Shown piece after piece: positions 27,901-36,223 of a DNA stretch of 64,000 nt; the stretch's first letter is position 1, and each line of letters opens with the position of its first letter. Both the position numbers and the translations under genes were made by a program. Source of the DNA: an uncultured bacterium (GTDB lineage: Bacteria > Verrucomicrobiota > Kiritimatiellia > RFP12 > CAIWXQ01); NCBI GenBank assembly GCA_903916675.1, contig CAIWXQ010000044.1:1165-65164 (forward strand). Reading direction: 5' to 3'. The notes beneath the pieces were generated by a model that was given only the letters and a program-made list of their open reading frames with translations, searched no databases and was not told the DNA's origin.

Positions 27901-29346
27901 TCACGGCACAGCTCCTCCGCTTCGCTCAAACGCCGCACCCACGCGAATGATCTTCTCCTCGCCAAAGGCCGGCCCCAGCACCTGCAGCCCCACCGGCAGT
28001 CCGACCCGGGTCCGGCCGCACGGCACCGATAGGCCGCAGATGCCGGCCAGGTTCGCGGTGACCGTGAAGATATCGCCCAGATACATGTGCAGCGGATCGT
28101 CCATGGTCTCGCCCAGCCGGTAGGCCGGCGCTGGCGTCACGGGCGTCAGCAGCGCGTCGCACTGCGTGAAGGCCGCATCGAAGTCGCGGCGGATCAGCGT
28201 GCGCACCTTCTGCGCCCGCAGGTAGTAGGCGTCGTAGTACCCGCTGCTCAGCACGTAGGTGCCGAGAATGATACGCCGTTGCACCTCGCTGCCAAACCCT
28301 TCCGCGCGGGTCTTCTTGTACATTTCGATCGGCGAATCGCCAGCCGCGGCACGAAACCCGTAGCGCACACCGTCGAACCGTGCCAGATTGGCCGAGGCCT
28401 CGGCTGCAGCCAGGATGTAGTAGGTTGCCACGGCGTATTTCGTGTGCGGAAGAGAGACTTCCACAATCTCGGCGCCCAGTTCTTGGCAACGCGCGATTGC
28501 GGCTTTCACGGCTGCTGCAACCTCCGGATTCATCCCGTCGACAAAATACTCGCGCGGCATGCCGAGGCGCATCCCGCGCAGGTCACCCTGTAGCGCCGCA
28601 GCAAAATCCGGCACGGACTTGTCGAGTGTCGTCGCATCCATCGCGTCGCGGCCAGCCATGACGCCCAGCAGCAATGCGGCGTCGGACACCGTGCGCGCCA
28701 GCGGACCGATCTGATCGAGCGACGACGCATACGACACCAGTCCATAGCGCGAGACGCGGCCGTACGACGGCTTCAGCCCCACGCAGCCGCAGAACGAAGC
28801 GGGCTGGCGCACAGACCCGCCCGTGTCGCTCCCCAGCGCCGCCAACGCCAGCCCACCGGCCACGGCCGCAGCCGAGCCGCCGCTCGAACCGCCTGCCACG
28901 TGGTCCGGCGCCGCAGGGTTGCGCGTCGGGCCATAGGCCGAATTCTCGGTGGTGGAGCCCATCGCAAACTCGTCCATATTTGTGCGGCCGACGAAAATCG
29001 CGCCGGCGGCGCGCAGCCGCGCAATAGCCGTGGCATCGTACAACGAGGTGTACCCCTTGAGAATCTTCGAGCCGCAGGTGCACGGCTGGCCAGCCACGTT
29101 CAGGACATCCTTGATGGCCAGCGGCACGCCGAGCAGCGCGCCGGCCTGGCCGGCCTGGCGTGCCGCATCCGCCGCCCCGGCCTGGTGCAGCGCATCGGCC
29201 GCATCCAGCCAGATGTAGGCGTTCAGCGCGGCGTGCTTCGCCGTAGCCGCCAGCACCGCGCGTGTCAACTCCACGGAGGAGAACGCGCCAGCGCGGATAC
29301 CGTCCACCGCCTGCCGAACCGTCAATTTATTGATTTCAGGAACCAT
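27901..29346 (-). CDS. gatA: Glutamyl-tRNA(Gln) amidotransferase subunit A
   Basis: Amidase signature region GGSSGGSAAAVA and overall collinearity with GatA. Confidence 0.95.
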   Translation of the reverse strand: MVPEINKLTVRQAVDGIRAGAFSSVELTRAVLAATAKHAALNAYIWLDAADALHQAGAADAARQAGQAGALLGVPLAIKDVLNVAGQPCTCGSKILKGYTSLYDATAIARLRAAGAIFVGRTNMDEFAMGSTTENSAYGPTRNPAAPDHVAGGSSGGSAAAVAGGLALAALGSDTGGSVRQPASFCGCVGLKPSYGRVSRYGLVSYASSLDQIGPLARTVSDAALLLGVMAGRDAMDATTLDKSVPDFAAALQGDLRGMRLGMPREYFVDGMNPEVAAAVKAAIARCQELGAEIVEVSLPHTKYAVATYYILAAAEASANLARFDGVRYGFRAAAGDSPIEMYKKTRAEGFGSEVQRRIILGTYVLSSGYYDAYYLRAQKVRTLIRRDFDAAFTQCDALLTPVTPAPAYRLGETMDDPLHMYLGDIFTVTANLAGICGLSVPCGRTRVGLPVGLQVLGPAFGEEKIIRVGAAFERSGGAVP

Positions 29347-29359
29347 ATGCTTCTTTCGT

Positions 29360-29452
29360 GAGGATTCAGGATCCAGGATTCAGAATGAGGGGCCGAAAAG
29401 TATCGTAGCCTTCCCCCATTCGGAATACTGAATTCTGAATTCTGAATTCTTC
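29360..29452. repeat. Heptad hairpin element (GAATTCA/GGATTCA words) inside the gatC-gatA spacer
   Basis: Left arm GAGGATTCAGGATCCAGGATTCAGAATGAGGGG. The reverse complement of the right arm is GAAGAATTCAGAATTCAGAATTCAGTATTCCGAATGGGGG. Confidence 0.7.
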
Positions 29453-29457
29453 CCCGC

Positions 29458-29751
29458 TCACTCCACAATCCTCGGCACCTTGAATTCGTCGTCCAGCCGA
29501 GTCGGCGCATTGGCCAGAACCGGATCATGCGGCAGGCTGGGGCGTTCGACATCTTCGCGGTAGACATTGTAGACCGGCTGTCCGTGCGAGGTCGGCTCGA
29601 TTCCGTCCAGGTTCAACTCACCGATCTGGCGGACATACTCCACAATGGTGGCGATCTGACGCTGGAACTGTGCGCAGGCGGCGGCATTCAGTTCCAAGCG
29701 CGCCAAATTGGCCACGTAGGCCACGTCGATCGTTTGGTTTGCCGATGCCAT
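29458..29751 (-). CDS. gatC: Asp/Glu-tRNA amidotransferase subunit C
   Basis: 97 aa. ...VAYVANLARLELNAAACAQFQRQIATIVEYVRQIGELNLDGIEPTSH is typical of GatC. Confidence 0.92.
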   Translation of the reverse strand: MASANQTIDVAYVANLARLELNAAACAQFQRQIATIVEYVRQIGELNLDGIEPTSHGQPVYNVYREDVERPSLPHDPVLANAPTRLDDEFKVPRIVE

Positions 29752-29754
29752 ACG

Positions 29755-30828
29755 CTATTGCCTCCGGTAAAACGGCATGGGCGCCACGCGCGCCTCGATT
29801 TTTTTTGCGCCGAGGTCGATCATCAACGCCGTGCCCGGCACTGCCAGGTCCGGCCGCACGTAGGCGCAGCCGATGGCATGCCCCAGCGTGGGCGCGAACG
29901 AACCGCTGGTCACCTGCCCCACCAGCGCGCCCGTGGCATCCAACACGCGGTTGCCGTTGCGGGCCGACTGCCGGCCCGCGATTTTGAAACCGACCAGCCG
30001 GCTTTTCTCGCCTGCGGTCTCGCGGGCCGCCAGGGCGGCGCGGCCAATAAACGCCTCGTTCTTGGCGGCATAGCGCAGCATTCCGGCCTCGGCAGGCGAG
30101 ACCCCGGCGCTGAGTTCGTGACCGTAGAGCGGCAGGCCGGCTTCCAGGCGCAGCGTGTCGCGCGCGCCAAGCCCGGCGGGCTTCACGCCCCATGTCAGCA
30201 GGCGTTCCCAGAAGGCCAGAATACCGGAGACCGGAGCATAGATCTCGTAGCCGTGCTCGCCGGTATAGCCGGTTCGGCTGACAATCCCTGTGGCGCCAGC
30301 CACCGGAAAGGTGAGGAAGGAGAAATACTTCATCATCGACAGATTCATTCCGAGCAGTTGCTCGACGGACTGCTGGCTGTTGGGACCCTGCACGTCGATC
30401 TTCCCCTGGATGCCGCGCAAGTCTTGCATCGTGACGCCTTTGGGCGGAAGGTGCGCCTGGAACCAGGCGAGGTCTCCAGGGGCGGTGCCGGCGTTCACCA
30501 CGGCCATCCAGCGATCGCTGACGAAGCGGTAGACGATCAGGTCATCCAGCACGCCGCCGTCGTCGCGCAAGAGGAATCCGTAGCGGCAGCGGCCAGCGGC
30601 CAGCGAGCGCAGATTCTGCGTAACCAGACGTGAGAGGTAGTCGAGCGCGCCTGGACCTTCGACACAAAAGGCATCCATGTGGCTGGTATCGAACATCGCC
30701 ACGTCCTGCCGGGTGCGATGGTGCTCGGCCAAGATGCCGTCGTACTGCACCGGCATATCCCATCCGCCGAAGTCCACCATGCGGGCTCCCAGGCAGATGT
30801 GGCTGTCGTGCAAAATTGTCCGCTGCAT
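29755..30828 (-). CDS. gcvT: Glycine cleavage system aminomethyltransferase (T protein)
   Basis: An internal ATG at 30828 gives MQRTILHDSHICLGARMVDFGGWDMPVQYDGILAEHHRTRQDVAMFDTSHM, a canonical GcvT N-terminus. Confidence 0.92.
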   Translation of the reverse strand: MQRTILHDSHICLGARMVDFGGWDMPVQYDGILAEHHRTRQDVAMFDTSHMDAFCVEGPGALDYLSRLVTQNLRSLAAGRCRYGFLLRDDGGVLDDLIVYRFVSDRWMAVVNAGTAPGDLAWFQAHLPPKGVTMQDLRGIQGKIDVQGPNSQQSVEQLLGMNLSMMKYFSFLTFPVAGATGIVSRTGYTGEHGYEIYAPVSGILAFWERLLTWGVKPAGLGARDTLRLEAGLPLYGHELSAGVSPAEAGMLRYAAKNEAFIGRAALAARETAGEKSRLVGFKIAGRQSARNGNRVLDATGALVGQVTSGSFAPTLGHAIGCAYVRPDLAVPGTALMIDLGAKKIEARVAPMPFYRRQ

Positions 30829-31143
30829 CGCAAAGGCTCCGTACACAAGAATGAGAAAAATAGCACATATCGACGTGCCGGGGCAATGAAGAGAAGGGTG
30901 CACAGCAGAGGTGAAGTTGAGGTAAAGGCGTCCCACTTGAAGCACGACATGTGCGTTCAAGTCCGGGCAGACACTGCCAAGCATTCGCAACCTGCTGGCG
31001 GACAACGCGCTGCTAAAATTCTTGGTGTATTTCGAGCGGGAGAGTTACACTCGACAATGGTTGCGACGGGTACGCCAGACAGAGGTAGTTTCGGCAACCC
31101 TATCAGCGTCTGATATGAAAAATTTGCAAAGAGACAGAAGACC

Positions 31144-31626
31144 ATGCCGATCGAGATCAAGATTCTGAGCGGTGGTGACGAAACCATGCTCCACCATGTG
31201 GCTGCAGGAGTTTTTGACCACGCCATAGACCAGCGCCGAAGCGTTGAGTTCTTGCATGATCCTCGTCATCACCTTGCGGTGGCCATTGACGCCGGAATTG
31301 TCGTAGGGTTCGCCTCAGCAGTCCATTATGTTCACCCGGACAAGAATCCTGAACTTTGGATTAACGAGATCGGAGTGGCACCGACTCATCGAAAACAAGG
31401 TGTGGCTGCGAAATTGCTTCAGGTATTATTCAAGGTCGGCCAGGATGCCGGTTGCGCGGAGGCCTGGGTTCTTACTGACCGATCAAACTCTGCCGCGATG
31501 CGACTTTACGCATCCCAAGGAGGAATCCCGAAGAATCAGGTACTGTTTGCGTTTTATTTTCGAGAGAATGCGATCAGGAAAGATGCTGACCAACCGGTGG
31601 CGGCCACAGCCAGCCGTGGACAGTAG
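31144..31626 (+). CDS. GNAT-family N-acetyltransferase
   Basis: Acetyl-CoA motif A region INEIGVAPTHRKQGVAAKLLQVL, followed by ...LTDRSNSAAMRLYASQGG. The layout loosely resembles small AAC(3)-I-like GNATs, by eye only. Confidence 0.8.
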   Translation: MPIEIKILSGGDETMLHHVAAGVFDHAIDQRRSVEFLHDPRHHLAVAIDAGIVVGFASAVHYVHPDKNPELWINEIGVAPTHRKQGVAAKLLQVLFKVGQDAGCAEAWVLTDRSNSAAMRLYASQGGIPKNQVLFAFYFRENAIRKDADQPVAATASRGQ

Positions 31627-31804
31627 AATCCTTGGGCCATACGTGGCTACGTGGAGCCGCGCGGCCAGCCTTGGCACGAGAGCAAATCCCATGACTAAAG
31701 AGGCGAAACTGAATTCAAAGAAATGGACCTTGGAAGAAGTTTATCAGGGCACGAGATTTGACCAATAAATTCCATCCCCGCCGTACTCTCTGGACAAGAA
31801 CAAC

Positions 31805-32449
31805 ATGATTCGATGTAAGGCCCTCTTTCAAGAACGTGTTCTGCCCGGTGCAGGCGAGATGATACCGGACGACGCCTTCTCAATGCCTAAATGGGTCTTC
31901 ATGGAATACCTGGTCAAATTTCAGAATACACTTCTTCACGGATCGCCCCAACGGATCGCCCAGTTTGAACCCCGGTCATCGCAGGACAATATTGTAAACG
32001 GCCATTTGCCACGGGTATATGCCGCATCAAGCGGAATCATGGCGACCTTCTATGCCATTATTGACAGACCCTTTCTGGCGAAGCATGGCGTGGGAGCCAT
32101 CAACGTTTTTTACGCCCCCTACCATGATGTTTCCGAAAAAACCTGTGATGGATTTCAGTTTGCGGTTGACTACAGATGCCTGCCGAAGAGGCCGTATCAA
32201 AAAGGCTTCGTGCATGTGCTTTCACGGAAAACCTTACGCTCGGATTATATGGGAATACAATGGTGTTCAGAAGTGGCAGTGGGACCGCAAGCGGTGATCG
32301 AGATGCGCCCGGAGGATTTTCCCCTTTTGCCTGCGATCCGCGGCATCGACTGGGAGGTGCTGGCGCGAAACCATGCTGATGCCATGGACGGGTTCCCGTG
32401 GGTTGATGACAAGTCACTGTACCCATCCATTGCGAAACGGACGATTTGA
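31805..32449 (+). CDS. Hypothetical protein; possible PARP-like (H-Y-E type) ADP-ribosyltransferase fold
   Basis: 214-aa ORF with an ATG start in the lower-G+C islet. LLHGSP (H45), VYAAS (Y72), FYA (Y83) and CSEVAV (E156) have spacing similar to PARP/tankyrase catalytic cores. The functional call is speculative. Confidence 0.5.
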   Translation: MIRCKALFQERVLPGAGEMIPDDAFSMPKWVFMEYLVKFQNTLLHGSPQRIAQFEPRSSQDNIVNGHLPRVYAASSGIMATFYAIIDRPFLAKHGVGAINVFYAPYHDVSEKTCDGFQFAVDYRCLPKRPYQKGFVHVLSRKTLRSDYMGIQWCSEVAVGPQAVIEMRPEDFPLLPAIRGIDWEVLARNHADAMDGFPWVDDKSLYPSIAKRTI

Positions 32450-32526
32450 CCAACTAACATCCAGCTCGTGGATCACGTGCTCCGCACGGAATCCACCGCC
32501 AGCGAGCGTGTTGGGCTGTTTGGATA

Positions 32527-32949
32527 ATGACAACAAAGGCACATTTAGTCGTCGCAAGCATGCTCGTTGCCCTGCTGGCAGCAATATATGCCGTAGTTCA
32601 AAACGGACTGCCATGGACTCTTGTGCGTCGCTTGCCAAACAGGGCACAAATGTTTCTGATCGCCCATGTCGGCGTTCACTTTGACATTCGATGGCAAGAA
32701 GGGCGCATGGATTTTCTTGCGCGTGGCTTTCCGCCGCATCCCACCAGGCCCCCGAACCATATGTGGTCCGGGGGTGTGAATCCGATTTTTGTCCAGGCGG
32801 ACTTCTACGATACAAATGGCGTTTGTATCGCCTCGATCCGGAACGGATGCGGGACGATGCCCTTATGTTGGGAAACCGGCATGCGACTCTTCGCCGTAAC
32901 AAACGGCGTACCTATCCTGCCCAATGACTCAAAACCAGCAAGCAAATAG
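32527..32949 (+). CDS. Hypothetical membrane-anchored protein
   Basis: 140-aa ORF with an N-terminal hydrophobic helix (LVVASMLVALLAAIYAVV). No recognised motif. Confidence 0.45.
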   Translation: MTTKAHLVVASMLVALLAAIYAVVQNGLPWTLVRRLPNRAQMFLIAHVGVHFDIRWQEGRMDFLARGFPPHPTRPPNHMWSGGVNPIFVQADFYDTNGVCIASIRNGCGTMPLCWETGMRLFAVTNGVPILPNDSKPASK

Positions 32950-33040
32950 CCCCCACTACCGAGTGGAAAAGGAGAACCAACGCCGCCTCAATCCTGCTGT
33001 TCGATGCCGGACTTGGCCGCTGTCGATTGGCTCCAGGCGG

Positions 33041-35134
33041 TTATTTCTTTGCCGGCATGAATGAAATCTCGCGCAGCGGCGCGTTGTAGTCGCGCAGCAG
33101 TTCCAGGCGCAGAACATGCGCACCTGCGTCGAGCCGCATTGGCACGCTGGAGGTCGTCCAGCAATCCCAGGCTGCGGGCGCGTTGGTTGTCAATGCAACC
33201 AGCCCGGATCGATCTTCGCCATCCTGCCGCAGTCGGACATCCCCGCCCCGGCCATGAAATCCGCCCAACACGATGGCGGCGTCGTACACGCCACTGGTGG
33301 CCACGTCCACCGTGTATTCAAGCCAGGCGCCAGCCGGCTGGCGGCCATCCAAAAAGGCGGGTGAGGCCCCGGGATGCACCGACGCGTGCAGTTCGAACCC
33401 CTGCTCGCCACGGAAGCTGGCAAACGGCACGCCCCAGGCATGGTAGGTGACACCTTCGACCCCCTCATCGAAATGCGACATCGGCACCACGCCCGGAATA
33501 CGCCGGGGCACCCCGCCAAACGGCCACCGGCCGGGCACATGGAAGCGCACCACGCCGGACGTGATGGCGTGTCCAGCCGGATCGGCTGCCGTCACGCAGC
33601 AGAAATAGTCGGCATCAGCCCGCAATTCGGAAAAACGAAGACTCTGGCGGCGATACCATCCCTGCCCGCGAACCAGACAATTGGTCATGGCGTCGGGTGA
33701 AGCTCCCCACGCCACCTGCGCCTGTACGACCTTGGGTTCATCATCCGCCGCTACTACGATCTGACACTCGACCCCGCGGACGACGTCACTGACGATACGC
33801 GGGAACCCTTCCGCAAACCGGGGCCAGGTGGTGTCCCGGCAGAATAACCGCCCGGGGCGCAACGGCGCGTAGAGCGGATCGCCTACGCTAATGCCCACCC
33901 AGTTGATCGACGGCATGGCGGCGCCGGCAGCCTCCGCAAAGGTGTAGCCATTCAGGATGTAGTACAGCAGGATGTGCGGCCGGGGGTGACCGTTCACATA
34001 AGGCTCGGCAATGACACCTGCCACACACGAAACGCCGCGGGCCAGTGCGTTGGCGCCGAAGATCCGGACCGGCCGGCGGAACTGTACGTCGTACAAGGAA
34101 TCGCTGTTGAGATCGCATGCCACCGCGCCGGGCAGCCACTCCCACACATCGCGGTAGGCGTTCAGGTTGTACCAGCCACCGTAGAACATCGCCTGCGGTG
34201 CGTTTGTGGCCAAGGCGCCGTCGCCAAAAACAGCGTTGGCGGCACCAATGCTGACGCTGGTGTTCTCCCATCGCAGCGGGAACCCGGCCTTCACGATGTG
34301 GCGCGCGGTGTAGGCGATGTTGGCATCCGCGGACGCGTAGGAATCACAACGTCCTTCAAGAATGTCAGAATCCTTCGCTTGGGCCTCCTCTGTATAAGCC
34401 TTCGCACCCTTGAGGGTACGCGAATCCACATAGCCAAAGCCGTGAAAGTATCCCTCCTCCGGATGCAAAAACCGCTCGGCGTACAGTGCCTGGTCCACCA
34501 GATCCATCGCGCGCCAGACGCCGCCAGGGCCATCCAGGCGCGAGACCAAGTACATTTCGTTAAACCCGCAGGTAAAACGTGCATGCCGAAAGGGCCGCCC
34601 CTCCCCCCGCACGCCGGGGGCTGGATCGAGGTAGGGGTTGTCGACAACAGGTGGATTGGTTGGATTGCCTTGCAGCAGCATGGCGGGAGATAACATCGCA
34701 TTGTCGATGCAGCGCTCGCCGTCGTTGTACCCAAGCGGCAATCGGTAGCAGAAGAGCAGGACATCGATCCGGTCCGGGCCGAGTTCGCGCAGGCGCGCCA
34801 GCACAGGGCGCACGATCTCGTTCAGAAAGTTGGTGTATTGAGCTTTGGTGTAGCGAAAATCGGTCGAACAGTCCAAGCCAAGCAGGTTGCCGGCAGGAAC
34901 ACCGCGCCGTGCGGCATAGTAGCGGGCGACCTGGAGCGAATCCGGCGTGCCGTCTTTGTCGTCGTCGCGCATGTCGCTGGCGTTGTACAGCACCAGGATA
35001 CGCTCAGGGGAAAGGCCGGCCTGCGCACGACCCCACGCGCCTGTCATGAACAGATAAAGCAAGCCGAGCGCCGGGAGAAACCATGCCCGGCGGACATGAA
35101 CCGAATGCGTGGCACTACTCTTCACTCTCATCAT
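33041..35134 (-). CDS. Secreted TIGR03790-like protein with C-terminal carbohydrate-binding (CBM6/35-like) module
   Basis: Signal peptide after MMRVKSS.... The N-terminal ILVLYNASD...SLQVARYYAARRGVPAGNLLGL pattern recalls TIGR03790. The C-terminal roughly 130 aa (WLEYTVDVATSGVYDA...LRLELL) looks like a CBM6-type beta-sandwich. Confidence 0.6.
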   Translation of the reverse strand: MMRVKSSATHSVHVRRAWFLPALGLLYLFMTGAWGRAQAGLSPERILVLYNASDMRDDDKDGTPDSLQVARYYAARRGVPAGNLLGLDCSTDFRYTKAQYTNFLNEIVRPVLARLRELGPDRIDVLLFCYRLPLGYNDGERCIDNAMLSPAMLLQGNPTNPPVVDNPYLDPAPGVRGEGRPFRHARFTCGFNEMYLVSRLDGPGGVWRAMDLVDQALYAERFLHPEEGYFHGFGYVDSRTLKGAKAYTEEAQAKDSDILEGRCDSYASADANIAYTARHIVKAGFPLRWENTSVSIGAANAVFGDGALATNAPQAMFYGGWYNLNAYRDVWEWLPGAVACDLNSDSLYDVQFRRPVRIFGANALARGVSCVAGVIAEPYVNGHPRPHILLYYILNGYTFAEAAGAAMPSINWVGISVGDPLYAPLRPGRLFCRDTTWPRFAEGFPRIVSDVVRGVECQIVVAADDEPKVVQAQVAWGASPDAMTNCLVRGQGWYRRQSLRFSELRADADYFCCVTAADPAGHAITSGVVRFHVPGRWPFGGVPRRIPGVVPMSHFDEGVEGVTYHAWGVPFASFRGEQGFELHASVHPGASPAFLDGRQPAGAWLEYTVDVATSGVYDAAIVLGGFHGRGGDVRLRQDGEDRSGLVALTTNAPAAWDCWTTSSVPMRLDAGAHVLRLELLRDYNAPLREISFMPAKK

Positions 35135-36140
35135 CCTCGGTTTTTTTCCACAACCCCGGCGCGAGCAGAATGACCAGGATAATCGCCGCGACAATCCCCC
35201 ACCACTCCGAAGCGCAGGCTGCACAGCGTTCCTGGAGCACTGGCACGGCGGCCAAGGCCGCCGGGAAGAAGCGGTCCAGCAGCCATCCCATGCCCACAGC
35301 CGTGAGAGCGATCGCCAGTAGGTAAAGGCCGGTGCCGGCCTTGCCGATCTGGCTCCAGATGGCCGTCAGCATGGCGGGATTTGTAGCTGGCCCGGCGATC
35401 AGGAACGTCATGGCCGCGCCAGGCGACATCCCCATGTGAATGAACGAGGCCGCCAGCGGAATCGAGGCCGTGGAGCAGACGTACAGCGGGATTCCTGCCA
35501 GCAGGGCCAGCCCATACCCCCGCCAGCCGGAGGCTGCCTCTCCCTGCAAGATGTTCGGCGGCAGGAGCGCAGTCAGCACCCCGGAAATCAGCATGCCCGC
35601 CAGCAGCGGTCGCGCCATGTCGCGTGGCAGAGTCACCAGACCATGCCGTAACGCATGCCGCCAGACGGGCAGATGCGCATGCCCACATGCGCACGCCGCA
35701 CCTTCGTCCATCGGCGCCTCGGTCTCGTGCGGATAGGCCAGCATGACCAGCCCGCCAGCCAGCACCCCCGAGACAAGCGCCGCTGCCACGCGGAAGAGGC
35801 TAACCGCAGGCCCCAGAACGGCCCAAGTGGCAATGATGCTATCCACCCCTGTCTGCGGCGTCGAGGCAAGAAAACTCACCACCGCACCGCGCCCGGCACC
35901 CTGGCGGCGTAACGACAGGGCCAACGGCAACACGCCGCATGAACAGAGCGGCAGTGGAATGCCCACCAGCGCGGCCTTAACCACCTGCCACCCGCCGCGG
36001 CCCCCCATGTGCCGCCGCACCCAGTCAGCCGACAGCAGCACCGAGACTGCGCCGGCCACGAGAAACCCAATCAGCAGGTATGGCGCCAAAAACACCAGCA
36101 CCTGCCACGTAGCGATCAGAACCTGCAGAACGGCGTGCAT
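35115..36140 (-). CDS. Predicted permease (UPF0718/ArsP_1-type; Cys/His-containing, possible metal transporter)
   Basis: Polytopic, with the conserved IPLPLCSCGVLPLALSLRRQGA segment. Also ACACGHAH and CAACASEWW motifs. The start is uncertain (ATG 36140 chosen). Confidence 0.7.
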   Translation of the reverse strand: MHAVLQVLIATWQVLVFLAPYLLIGFLVAGAVSVLLSADWVRRHMGGRGGWQVVKAALVGIPLPLCSCGVLPLALSLRRQGAGRGAVVSFLASTPQTGVDSIIATWAVLGPAVSLFRVAAALVSGVLAGGLVMLAYPHETEAPMDEGAACACGHAHLPVWRHALRHGLVTLPRDMARPLLAGMLISGVLTALLPPNILQGEAASGWRGYGLALLAGIPLYVCSTASIPLAASFIHMGMSPGAAMTFLIAGPATNPAMLTAIWSQIGKAGTGLYLLAIALTAVGMGWLLDRFFPAALAAVPVLQERCAACASEWWGIVAAIILVILLAPGLWKKTEDDESEE

Positions 36141-36223
36141 AAAGAAAGTATAGGGGACCCGCGCTTTGCCGTCCATGATGGCGAAAGACGCCATGCATGC
36201 GCACAGGGGCACTATCCGCGCCG

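Noticed and set aside
30829-31143. Expected a glycine riboswitch in the gcvT leader.
   Set aside because: Minus-strand reading shows none of the GGAGAG...CACCGAAGGGGCAA-type cores. There is only a small hairpin, TTGAAGCACGACATGTGCGTTCAA, at 30937-30960. Not called.
31691-31768. 25-codon mini-ORF in frame with the 31805 ORF, possibly an N-terminal extension via TAA read-through.
   Set aside because: The same frame is expected by chance one time in three, no read-through context was recognised, and 31805 has its own ATG. It is kept only as a note within the islet finding.
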